The notes under the pieces are model-generated. The model was not told where the DNA came from. It ran no database searches and saw only the letters and a program-made list of their open reading frames with translations. A program made the translations under genes and the position numbers. A stretch of DNA of 64,000 nt, taken from positions 128,001-192,000 of the forward strand of contig CAWJPJ010000008.1 of the NCBI GenBank assembly GCA_963844715.1, in the 5' to 3' direction. The stretch is from an uncultured Phycisphaerales bacterium. Its GTDB lineage: Bacteria > Planctomycetota > Phycisphaerae > Tepidisphaerales > Tepidisphaeraceae. Numbering within the stretch: position 1 is the first letter of the stretch; every line of letters begins with the position of its first letter. Below, piece by piece: positions 22,123-31,947 of this stretch.

Positions 22123-23751
22123 ACGACGCGGAATCGCATTTCAATCGCGGCAACGCCCTCATGAACCAGGGTCGCCCCGCCGAGGCGGTCGAAGCGTATC
22201 GGCTTTCCCTCCAGGAATTCCCGAATCATGCCATCACGCTCTTCAACCTCGGCAATGCCCTCAAAGAGACCGGTCGAGGCGAGGAAGCAATTGAAGCTTA
22301 TCGCTCCGCGCTGGTGGCGAAGCCGGATTTTGCCGATGCGGCTTACAACCTGGCGATCGCCCTGCGCGAGGCGCATCGGCCCGACGAGGCCCTGGCGGCC
22401 TACCAAAAAGTGCTCGCGATTCAGCCGGATTATCGGGATGCCCACAATGACATGGGTGAGATCCATCGCGAATTGGGCCGATTCGACGAGGCCCTGGCCT
22501 GCTACGCGCGCGAATTGGAATTGCACCCCGATCACGCGCTGGCGCAGAGCAATCGGCTTTTTACGTTGAACTATCATCCCGGCCATACGCCGGAAAAAAC
22601 TCTACGCGAACATCTCGATTGGAATCGAAAAAATATTTTCCGCTCGACAGCTCATTCAAACGATCGAAATCCCGAGCGCCGGCTGAAAATCGGCTACGTC
22701 TCCCCGGATTTTCGGCGCCATTGCCAGTCGTTCTTCACGATTCCTCTACTGTCGCATCACGACCACGCGCAATTTGAGATCTACTGCTACGCCGATGTGA
22801 GCCGTCCCGACGAAATCACCGCGAGAATTCAAAAATACACGGATGTATGGCGAAGCACGGTGGGAAAGAGCGACGAGCAGATTGCAGAGCAAATCAAAGC
22901 CGATGGGATCGATATTCTCGTCGATCTGACCATGCATATGGCGCACGGAAGGCCGGGGGTATTCGCCAGAAAACCCGCGCCCATCCAAGTCGCCTGGCTG
23001 GCCTATCCCGGTACGACGGGATTAACCGCGATGGATTACCGGTTAAGCGACCCGTATCTCGACCCACCGGGCGAACACGATGGGTGGTACTCGGAGAAGA
23101 CGGTTCTCCTTCCGGATACTTTTTGGTGTTACGAGCCATTGGGCGACGTACCGGCAGTACAATCACTGCCCGCTGACCGGAACGGGTATGTAACCTTTGG
23201 CTGTTTGAACAACTTTTGCAAGGTGACGGACCAGACCTTGGAACTGTGGGGGAAGGTGATGGGGGAGGTGACCAACTCCCGGCTCATTCTGTTATCCCCC
23301 CTCGGGGAGCATCGGCAAAGGGTCATCAGCAAACTGGGCGTGGAGCGATCCCGCGTTGAATTCGTCGAGTTCCTGCCTCGCCAGAAATACCTGGAGACCT
23401 ATCGCCGGATCGATCTTTGCCTGGATACATTCCCCGTAAATGGCCACACAACCAGCCTCGACGCCGTGTGGATGGGGGTCCCCGTGGTGAGCATGGTGGG
23501 AAAGGCGGCGATCGCGCGGGCGGGAGTCAGCCAGAACGCAAATCTGGGACTCAGCAGGGAATTGGTGGCGGAATCGAAGGAAGGGTTTGTATCGCTGGCA
23601 ACCGGTTTGGGGCGGGATACTGGCAAATTGGAGCAACTCGGGTCGCGGATTGCGGCAGCGAATGGAAGTATCGCCCTTAATGGACGGGGGCCGTTTTGCC
23701 CGTGGCGTGGAAGCCGTTTTTCGCGATATTTGGCGGCGGTACTGCTGTTAA
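22119..23751 (+). CDS. TPR + GT41 protein 2 (tandem paralog); frameshift near 23640
   Basis: Same GT41 motifs; ATGA overlap with paralog 1; the shifted frame ends ...SPLMDGGRFARGVEAVFRDIWRRYCC*. Confidence 0.9.
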
Positions 23752-23781
23752 ATGGCTCTGGCCGATGACTATCATTGAGAT

Positions 23782-24111
23782 ATGTCCATGCGAATTGCAC
23801 TGGTTTGCGGGATTTTGGCTTTCGGAATAGGCGGATGTTTTTCGCCTGATCCCAAGTCAATAAAAAGCGATAATGCCGCCAGTGCGGTTCCTGCGATCAA
23901 GGACGCGGCAATCAAGGACGATCGCACCGCGATTCCACGTTTGATCCAGGATTTGGACGATAATGATCCAGCGATTCGCTTCGCGGCGATCTGCCGCCTT
24001 CATAAAATGACCGGTCAGACTTTCGGATACCGGTATTATGACGACGCGGAGGATCGGCGGCCTGCCGTCAAACAATGGCGCCTATGGCTGCAATCGCATC
24101 CGAGTCCATGA
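23782..24111 (+). CDS. HEAT-repeat lipoprotein
   Basis: Lipobox-like IGGC; HEAT motif AIPRLIQDLDDNDPAIRFAAI. Confidence 0.75.
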   Translation: MSMRIALVCGILAFGIGGCFSPDPKSIKSDNAASAVPAIKDAAIKDDRTAIPRLIQDLDDNDPAIRFAAICRLHKMTGQTFGYRYYDDAEDRRPAVKQWRLWLQSHPSP

Positions 24112-24579
24112 GGTTTATGATCCAATCGGCGAATCATTTCGGAATGGGCGGACGCTCGGGCGAGAGGCTCGAGTTGAAGATCGATAGCGACCCGGCTAAT
24201 CTTCGCCAGGTCCGCAAGAGCATCGAGGAATTTGCCGCTCAGCGCCGGCCTCCCGCGCGAAGCGTGCGATGAAGTGGGACTGGTGATCAACGAGGCGCTG
24301 GCAAACGTGATCCGCCACGGCTACGGCGGCGCGACGGATCGGCCCATCCTGGTGACCGCCACCGCCGAGGACCAAGCCGTGCGATTCACCATTCGCGACT
24401 GGGGCAAGCCGTTTGACCCGGCCGCGGTCGCGAAGAAAAAAACGGGCGAATTATTGAAGCCCGGCGGGCTAGGATTGGTTTGCATCAAGAAACTCATGGA
24501 CGAAGTGCAGTTCGCGCAGTTGTCGGATGGAATGCAGTTGACCATGGTGAAATACTTGCGGCCGCAACAAGACCGCTAG
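24108..24579 (+). CDS. RsbW/SpoIIAB-type anti-sigma Ser kinase; frameshift near 24245
   Basis: SDPANLRQVR, EALANVIRHGY, IRDWGKPFDP, GGLGLVCIKKLMDEV (HATPase_c_2-like). Confidence 0.85.
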
Positions 24580-24594
24580 ACAGGTAACACCACC

Positions 24595-24956
24595 ATGTCA
24601 GAGGTTAAAGCCGAACACCGAATTGGTATCCCTCCCGCAGGTCCGTGACGACGCGGTCCTCGGCGTCGGTGCGCGGCGAGGTCGATCTCCACAACAGTCC
24701 CGAACTGCGCGCGGCCCTGCTGGGAATGCTGACCAAATCGCTTCCTAAGAAGATGGTGCTGAATCTATCGCAGGTTCCGTACATGGATTCCAGCGCCGTC
24801 GCGGTGCTCGTTGAAGTGCTTCAGAAACTCCGCCGCGCCGGCGGTCGATTGATGCTCAGCGCTCTCCAGCCGCGCGTCAAAGGCTTGCTCGAAATCGCCA
24901 GGCTGGATTCAATCTTCGTACTGGCCGGCAGCGACGAAGAAGCTCTGGCGAAATAA
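24595..24956 (+). CDS. STAS-domain anti-sigma antagonist (RsbV/SpoIIAA-like); 5' frameshifts
   Basis: GEVDLHNSPELR, LNLSQVPYMDSSAVAVL, LEIARLDSIF. Confidence 0.85.
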
Positions 24957-24963
24957 TCCGCGA

Positions 24964-25794
24964 TTGAGTCCGGCTCATTTCATGAACACGGTTCTCCGCC
25001 CCATCGCTCTGCTGTACACGTCCGTTATCGGGTTCTTTCGTTTTGTGGGGGAGATCGCCTATCTCCTGTTGGACACCGCGATCGGACTGCCGCGATCCCT
25101 CTTTCACAAGCAGGGCCGTCGTCTCGGTTGGATGAATCTTTGGGACCAGATGGACCGCTTCGGCGTGCGGAGCATTCCCATCGTTGCCCTGGTGCTCTTT
25201 TGCATCGGGGCGATCCTGGCCTTGCAGATGGCGCCGATCCTGCACGACTACGGCGCGCTGGATAAGGTGGCGGATATCATTGCCGTCACCGTCGGGCGCG
25301 AGCTGGGGCCGCTGGTCTCGGCCGTCGTGCTCACGGGCTTCGCCGGAGCGAGCATCGCGGCGGAACTCGGCAGCATGGTGGTCTCTGAGGAAATCGAGGC
25401 CCTCGAGGCCCACGCCATCAGTCCGATCCGCTTCCTGGTTGTCCCCCGGGTTTTGGCCACGACGATCATGATGATCTGCATCGCCGTCGTTGGCGATTTC
25501 GCCGGCGGCATCGGCGGGCTCGCAACCGCCGGTTGCTTTCTCGGCATCAGCCCGGACCTCTACGTCCATCACACCTTCGACGCCCTGAAACTGAAGGATT
25601 TCGTCACCGGCCTGATCAAGGCCGGCGTCTTCGGAATGCTCATCAGCGCCATGGCCTGCCGTCTGGGATTGTCCGTCACCGGCGGTGCCGAAGGCGTCGG
25701 CGTGGCGACCACCAAAACCGTCGTCTATACCATCGTCGCCCTGATCTCGGTGGACCTGATCTTCACGGCGATCTTTTACTTCCTGGGATGGTGA
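24964..25794 (+). CDS. mlaE: MlaE-family ABC permease
   Basis: RELGPLVSAVVLTGFAGASIAAELGSM, EEIEALE, GGAEGVGVATT. Confidence 0.92.
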   Translation: MSPAHFMNTVLRPIALLYTSVIGFFRFVGEIAYLLLDTAIGLPRSLFHKQGRRLGWMNLWDQMDRFGVRSIPIVALVLFCIGAILALQMAPILHDYGALDKVADIIAVTVGRELGPLVSAVVLTGFAGASIAAELGSMVVSEEIEALEAHAISPIRFLVVPRVLATTIMMICIAVVGDFAGGIGGLATAGCFLGISPDLYVHHTFDALKLKDFVTGLIKAGVFGMLISAMACRLGLSVTGGAEGVGVATTKTVVYTIVALISVDLIFTAIFYFLGW

Positions 25795-25797
25795 CGC

Positions 25798-26595
25798 ATG
25801 CCCGACGACGTCATCGAGGTCCGGGATGCCACTAAAATTTACGACGGCCGAGTCATTCTCGACGCCATCCGCCTCGAAGTCCGCCGCGGCGAGACGCTGG
25901 TCATCATGGGCGGCTCCGGTTCCGGAAAATCCACCATGCTCAGATTGATGATCGGCAACGCCATGTGCGACGGCGGCGACATCATCGCCTCCGGCCGCAG
26001 CCTGCGATCCATGACCGAAGATCAGTTGGACGATTATCGCAAGACCGTCGGCGTCCTCTTCCAGAGCGGAGCACTTTTCAACTCCATGTCGGTGGCGGAT
26101 AACGTGGCGCTGCCCCTGCGGGAACATACGGATCTCGAAGAGGCGACCATTCAGATCATGGTGAAAATCAAGCTCGAACTTGTGGGCCTGCGGCAGCATG
26201 CGGATAAGATGCCCGCCATGCTGTCCGGCGGAATGAAAAAGCGGGCTGGTCTGGCGCGGGCGATCGCGCTGGATCCGCACATCCTGTTTTACGACGAGCC
26301 GTCCGCCGGCCTCGACCCGGTGACCAGCGCCGAGATCGATCAATTGATCATCGACCTGAACAAAAAGCTCGGCGTGACCAGCGTCGTGGTGACGCACGAG
26401 ATGGATTCGGCGTTCCGAATCGCCGACCGCATGGTTCTGCTGGATCGCGGGAAATTCATCGCCAGCGGCACGCCGGAGCAGATGCGCACCAGCGCCGATC
26501 CCCTGGTGCATCAGTTCGTGTTCGGATTGGCTGAAGGCCCGCTCACCGATCGGCGCCGCGCCGGCGGTTACGAGGCGGATTTGCTCGGAGCATGA
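25798..26595 (+). CDS. mlaF: MlaF-family ABC ATPase
   Basis: GGSGSGKS, FQSGALFNSM, LSGGMKKRAGLARA, YDEPSAGLDP. Confidence 0.92.
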   Translation: MPDDVIEVRDATKIYDGRVILDAIRLEVRRGETLVIMGGSGSGKSTMLRLMIGNAMCDGGDIIASGRSLRSMTEDQLDDYRKTVGVLFQSGALFNSMSVADNVALPLREHTDLEEATIQIMVKIKLELVGLRQHADKMPAMLSGGMKKRAGLARAIALDPHILFYDEPSAGLDPVTSAEIDQLIIDLNKKLGVTSVVVTHEMDSAFRIADRMVLLDRGKFIASGTPEQMRTSADPLVHQFVFGLAEGPLTDRRRAGGYEADLLGA

Positions 26596-26611
26596 AGGGA
26601 GCCGCTGACGT

Positions 26612-27817
26612 ATGGCAGCACAGCGTAACGCCGTCCGGGCGGGAATTTTCATGTTGGCCAGCCTCGCGCTGGTCGTGTTCGTCATCATCGCCATCAGCGG
26701 CGCCTCCAGGTTCACCCAGCGCTTCTCGACCTACGGAGTTCAATTCTCATTGCAGGACGACGTCGGCGGCCTGCGCCCGGCGACGACGTGCCGCATCGGC
26801 GGGCTGAAGGTCGGGGACGTCCACGACATCGTGATCAACACCCAAAACACGCCGGACAATCAGCCGGACCTGGTGGTCTACATCGAAGTTCCTGCGCGCT
26901 ACCCGATGGCGTCCGACGCCGTGGTTTCGATCGAGAAGTCGATTACCGGATCGGCGGCGGTCAATATCGATAACCTGGGAACCGGGCCCCCTCTCAGCGG
27001 CGGCGAAATGCTCCGCGGACATCCCGATGCGCTCTCCGGATTCCTTCATCGCGTCAGCGCCATGGGCCCTGATCTCCAGGAAGTCGTCGCCAACTTGAAG
27101 CGCGCCTCGACCAAAGTGAATACCGACCTCGACAAATTCGGACAGACCGCCGATGCCATCACCGAGACGGGCTACACGGCGACGGCGACCGTCCGCGAGC
27201 TGCACGTCCGTTTGCCCGAAATCATCGGACGATACGATCAGACCACCGCCTCGGCGATCCGTGCCCTCGACACCATTCACGATCTCCTCGGCCCCAGCGC
27301 CGGCGACATTCATGCGACGATCGCCAATGTTCGGGCGATCTCCACGGATGTTCACGCGCGCCTGCCGGAGTTGCTGGACGATCTGCGTTCGATCCTTCAG
27401 AAGACGGATCTGGCCGTGACGCGCGCGGCGTCCGCCATGCAGGACATTCAAAACACAACCGGCTCGATTCACGAGGTGATCGCCGGAAACAGGAGCCGCT
27501 TCGACGGAATCATCTCCTCCCTCAAGGCGACCAGCGACAATTTGAAATACGCGAGCATGGAAATCCGGCACAGCCCCTGGCGGCTGCTGTATCAGCCCAA
27601 GCCGGATGAAATGGCGAACCTGAATATTTACGATTCCGTTCGCCAATTCGCCGAGGGGGCGACCGACATGGATAACGCCGCCGAGGCGCTGCGCGACGCC
27701 GCCAGGGACCCCAACGCCGATCCGGCGCGGATCAGGAAACTCACCGCCGATCTCGACGTCAGCTTCTCGCGTTTCCAGACGGTCGAGCAGAAGTTGTGGT
27801 CCGACATCAAGCAATGA
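26612..27817 (+). CDS. MlaD/MCE-domain protein with long helical extension
   Basis: N-terminal TM, MCE motif GGL...IGGLKVGDV, long heptad-like helical region, PWRLL motif. Confidence 0.85.
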   Translation: MAAQRNAVRAGIFMLASLALVVFVIIAISGASRFTQRFSTYGVQFSLQDDVGGLRPATTCRIGGLKVGDVHDIVINTQNTPDNQPDLVVYIEVPARYPMASDAVVSIEKSITGSAAVNIDNLGTGPPLSGGEMLRGHPDALSGFLHRVSAMGPDLQEVVANLKRASTKVNTDLDKFGQTADAITETGYTATATVRELHVRLPEIIGRYDQTTASAIRALDTIHDLLGPSAGDIHATIANVRAISTDVHARLPELLDDLRSILQKTDLAVTRAASAMQDIQNTTGSIHEVIAGNRSRFDGIISSLKATSDNLKYASMEIRHSPWRLLYQPKPDEMANLNIYDSVRQFAEGATDMDNAAEALRDAARDPNADPARIRKLTADLDVSFSRFQTVEQKLWSDIKQ

Positions 27818-28030
27818 TGCTCTTCTGGCGGCGTCCGGCGCGAAGAAGCCCGGCGGTGAGCTGATTCGGCGGGCCAATACGGCGCTCCGCTAATGTGACC
27901 GCCCACACCGATTTATGACAAAAATCCGCCCCCGGGGCGCTGCGGACCGGCTGTCGATCTTTTATTATTCGCCTCCTAAGATTTCCTGGTTGTAAAGCGG
28001 CGTCAACTGCCCGCCGAGGACAGTATTGGA

Positions 28031-29981
28031 ATGGTCGTAACCCTGGGCGAAGGTTTACTCTCACGAGACGACAAGGGGGATCTGCGCGTCCGCATCGCTA
28101 CGGTCTTTCCACGCTCCGGCACGATCGTGACCCTCCCCGGCATCCACGCCAGCCAGCGCGAAGCCTATATCGAATCGCTGAACCACTCTCGCCAGGAGCG
28201 CGGCAAGCCGCCTCTCACCGATATAGAGCAGGACGCCGAGATGGAACTGGCCGTCGATCTGATCGTCGACGAGCAGGGCGTTCTGATCCGTCCCGACCCC
28301 ACGCGAATGGATCTGGCCAAGGAGGCTGATGAGCTGCTCGAGGAAGTGATCCCCAAGCGGCTGATCAAGTATCTGCTCCTCAGCGACCGGCGCGCTGCGC
28401 GATTCCCTCAAGAAGCGCGGAGAATGTTGGCGGGTATTTTTGCCGCCGACTGATCCGAGGGAAATCCGCCGCATGATCGCCGAGGCGCGCTGTTCCATCG
28501 AGGGCAAGCCGATCTATTATTACAGCCCCTTCACCGGAACCCGCCTGCTCACTTTCGAAAATCTCAAAAAACTTGGCGACCTCGACGACTCGCAGCTTCG
28601 CAAGCACCTGGCCGAAATCGGCGCCTACGGAAATTGCCGCAACCGCGAGGGATATTGCGAAATCGAATTCTTCATGGCCGATCACGCCCCCGGCGTCCCC
28701 GCAATGGGGGATTTCGAATTGGCCGCCACGGCCGGCGGAAGAGAGCTTCGCACGCGCTTCAATGCTCTCTGCGACCGGCTCCAGAACCGAATCCCCGCCG
28801 AATTCCGCCACGACGATCTGGACGACCCTGAATGGCGCAACCGGATGTTCGCCTCGCTGATGGCGCAGCGAAACGGCGCCCTGGTGGACGACCGCACGAT
28901 GGGGCTCGATCCCGAATTCGCGATGCGCGTCGAGTGGCTCCCCGGCTGCCGCATCGAAGAGGGCGAACTCATCCTCGACCCGGCAATCGAGGAACCCTAC
29001 GGCCGCCAGGGCGAAAAGAAGCTCTCCAGTGTCGTCCGCGGCCTGATCCTGAATCTGGTGCAGGAATACGGGGACATGGAATACCTCAATCTCGGCGACG
29101 TGCTCCCCTCCGCCACCCGCAACGAAAATCGCGGCGGAAGGCGCGAAGTCTATGTCGCACAAATCAAACAGCGCCGCGCCACCGGCGAAATCCTGCAAAT
29201 CATCCGCATGCAAAAGTGGGGCGTGCGCGAGCACCTCGACGACGGAAAAGACCTCGAAAACGCCATGACGGCGACCGAGGAATACACCGAATACGTCCAG
29301 GACCGCCGCCTCGCCTGCCGGCAATTGGGGATGAACCTTCAGGCTTCGCAAACCACTCGAAAAGTCAGCGAGCAATATTTCGGCAAAAATCAGCGCTATC
29401 ACGCCCGCCGAATTTGGTCTCCCTATTTCCAGCGCGACTACATCTCCGGCGCGGCCACCGATCAGGTCTCGGCCCGAAAAATGGAGGACCGCTCGTACGC
29501 CCTGATCTTCGCCCGCCTTCTCGGCCAGGCGGCGGCGTCCAACATCATCCTCGGCCGCGCCGAACTCAGCGGCGAAGTCGTCTTCGACGTGGGCGACGAA
29601 ATCGTCACCGAAGACGCCTCGGGAATGCCCGCGCAGATCGTGGTTTCGGATCACGTCGGAACATTCGTCGATTGGCGCGGAACGCTCGAATCGCGCGCCC
29701 CCTCTTACGCCAAACCGATCTGCAAGCGCCTCCCGCTCGTCCCCGACAAGCGCGAATTTGCCGATGCCTATCTTTCCGGATTTACCGAACGATTCGTGCG
29801 CATCCAGGACGAATACGCACGCCACCGCCGCGCCTTTGACACACTCTTCAAGCACCGCCCCTGGGACGAAGGCGGCTCGCTCGCCAAGCGCTGGTCGAGC
29901 ATTCTCGAACGGCTGCGTCTGGCTAATCCGCGCGGGCTAAGCGAATTGATGCGCCAGGCAATAGGCCAATGTCCCGCGTAA
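28031..29981 (+). CDS. Large hypothetical protein (~650 aa), possible atypical kinase fold; frameshift near 28395
   Basis: Two ORFs with typical GC3 bias join through ...DRR/DSLKKRGECWRVFLPPTDP; C-terminal NIILGR...IVVSDHVGTF. Confidence 0.7.
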
Positions 29982-29984
29982 ATC

Positions 29985-30092
29985 TCAAACCAGAAATCCG
30001 AAACCCGAACCAAACCAGAATGCCCGAATGAACGAAAGGCCATTTCGTCATTCGGGCATTCGGGTTTGATTCTGGTTTCGGGCTTCTGGTTT
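29985..30092. repeat. Palindromic heptamer-repeat element between convergent genes
   Basis: aaaccagaaatccgaaacccgaac...gaatgcccgaatga / tcattcgggcattc...tttcgggcttctggttt. Confidence 0.8.
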
Positions 30093-30879
30093 ACTCGATG
30101 GTTTCGGCCTCATCGCTCGCGCCCGGCACAGCCGGCGTGCGCGTCGCGCTCGCCGCCTTGCGCGCCGCGGCCTTGCGGCTCCGGCGGGTGCGGCCGACCG
30201 TCTGCTGATCCACCGTCGCCTTGCGCTCGGGATTGATGTTGGCGACCTGAACCGCGTGGAACGCATCCGGGGCGTACAGATCGGCGCCGATCTCGTCGGC
30301 CAATCCTTCGGCTCGCTTATAAATTCCGCCGCAGCACATCACCTGCATGTCCGGGCAGGAATTCACTTCGCGCAGATAGTCGATGAGCTTCCGCACCGCC
30401 GGCACTCCCGAGGGGAGCGTCGCGAACATGACGACCAGGTCCGGGCGATATTCGCCGATCAGCTTGAGGACTTCGTCCTCGGGGACGCCGCCCCCGGCAA
30501 AGCGCGTCGTCCACCCGTCGGCTTCGAAGAGGTCGGCGGTGATTTGTCCGCCCAGTTCCTCCGGCTCGTCGTTGCCGCAGAAGATCAGCACTTTCTTGTT
30601 ATTCCGTTCCTTGTGAGGAATCTGGGCCGCCAACTGGTCGGTAATGGACCGGTTCAGGCGCGTCGCCAGGTTCAGGGTGCTGCGCGTGATCTGGTCCTGG
30701 CGGTAGTGATCCTGGAGCGACTCCATGGTGGGCCAGATGAGGGTGGCCAATAAATCACGGGCGCTTATACCGCTAAACAGGGCATGCTCGACGACGCGGC
30801 GGCATTCGACGCGGTCACCGGCCAGAAGCGGTTCAAGGTACTTATCGTTGAGAGAGACGCTGGGTATGGAAAGACTCAT
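30091..30879 (-). CDS. Cobalamin-binding-fold protein (cap + Rossmann) lacking the axial His
   Basis: Cap helix LLAGDRVEC...LIWPTMESL, Rossmann EPEELGGQITADLFEADGW...GGGVP, GADLYAPDA. Confidence 0.8.
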   Translation of the reverse strand: MSLSIPSVSLNDKYLEPLLAGDRVECRRVVEHALFSGISARDLLATLIWPTMESLQDHYRQDQITRSTLNLATRLNRSITDQLAAQIPHKERNNKKVLIFCGNDEPEELGGQITADLFEADGWTTRFAGGGVPEDEVLKLIGEYRPDLVVMFATLPSGVPAVRKLIDYLREVNSCPDMQVMCCGGIYKRAEGLADEIGADLYAPDAFHAVQVANINPERKATVDQQTVGRTRRSRKAAARKAASATRTPAVPGASDEAETIE

Positions 30880-31107
30880 GGGACGTTACTCCAAGATCGG
30901 AGGGCCTGTCCGTTAAGCCGCTGCCGATTCTGCAACACATTGGAGGCGTCCCTGCCACCATTACCAGGAAGATGTTAAAATAGGCAAACTGCGTTGATAT
31001 GTGTATCGGAGATGTGCTTTTGAAATCTTCACTATTTTAACATTTTGTCCGTGGGTAGAGCGAATCTATCTTAACATTATATACATAAGTAATTTAATTA
31101 CAAATGG

Positions 31108-31947
31108 TTATATTATATTGCCACGCCGGTCGGCTTGGATATATTGGGGAACATCCGGGCAATAGGCGGTAAGGAGGCCAACAGGGCTCAGGGCAGATGC
31201 CGTGTCCACCAGGACGATTTTCTCGGCGACGATGGGGATCAGCTTCCCACCCCCATGCCGGTCGTACCCGCCCCGGCTGCCGTAGGCATCCACCGGCGTG
31301 TGGCCGAAGTACCCGGTCCGCTTCCAGGCCTTCGGCTGATCCAGCTCTTCGACCGTAAAACGCCCCCAAATGGCGACCCGCCGCATCTCATGGTCGTGAT
31401 GCAGCCGGACGGCGGGGTCGGGGTCGGAATCAGACTGATGAGTCTCCCATTTCGCGTGCACCACGAAGAGGTCCGGCTCCTGAATCACCGGCTGAAGCCC
31501 GCGCAGAAAGTCCCGGTGGCTCTGTGGGACCGCCGCGAACAGGCGATCCAGTGCCGACTCGCTTGGATGCCGCATCACCTCGATCATGTCGTTGGGGTGC
31601 ACCCCATAGCTCGCCAGCGTGTCGGCAAGGCCATGTTCCATGAACCATCGAAAGGCGATAGGGCGGTTGTTCTGCGTGGCCTGCTCGGCGAAGCTGGAGC
31701 CGTTGAGGATCAGATCGAGAACGTCGTCGTGATTTCCCCGGCAGAATCTCGCATTGGGGAATTGCAGCAGCAAATCGACAACCCCGCGGGCGTCCGGGCC
31801 GCGGTTGACATAGTCGCCGACGAAAATCCACTGCGGTGAGGAATCGAGCTCGGTCACCGCGTCAATCAGTCCCTGAAGGGGCCGCAGCATTCCGTGGATG
31901 TCTCCGACAATCCAGCGCACAGTCCGAAAGTATACGCCGAAGCTCAA
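31108..31947 (-). CDS. Metallophosphoesterase (PPP-family Ser/Thr phosphatase-like)
   Basis: GDIHG, GDYVNRG, GNHD, VVHA, FGHTP, VDT motifs. Confidence 0.9.
   Translation of the reverse strand: MSFGVYFRTVRWIVGDIHGMLRPLQGLIDAVTELDSSPQWIFVGDYVNRGPDARGVVDLLLQFPNARFCRGNHDDVLDLILNGSSFAEQATQNNRPIAFRWFMEHGLADTLASYGVHPNDMIEVMRHPSESALDRLFAAVPQSHRDFLRGLQPVIQEPDLFVVHAKWETHQSDSDPDPAVRLHHDHEMRRVAIWGRFTVEELDQPKAWKRTGYFGHTPVDAYGSRGGYDRHGGGKLIPIVAEKIVLVDTASALSPVGLLTAYCPDVPQYIQADRRGNII

Noticed and set aside
27818..28030. Structured ncRNA in the mlaD downstream gap
   Set aside because: No recognisable family motif by eye; an Rfam/Infernal search would be needed
30880..31110. Cobalamin riboswitch or sigma-28 promoter upstream of the B12-fold gene
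   Set aside because: No B12-box or conserved core recognised; CCGATA is present but lacks a correctly spaced -35
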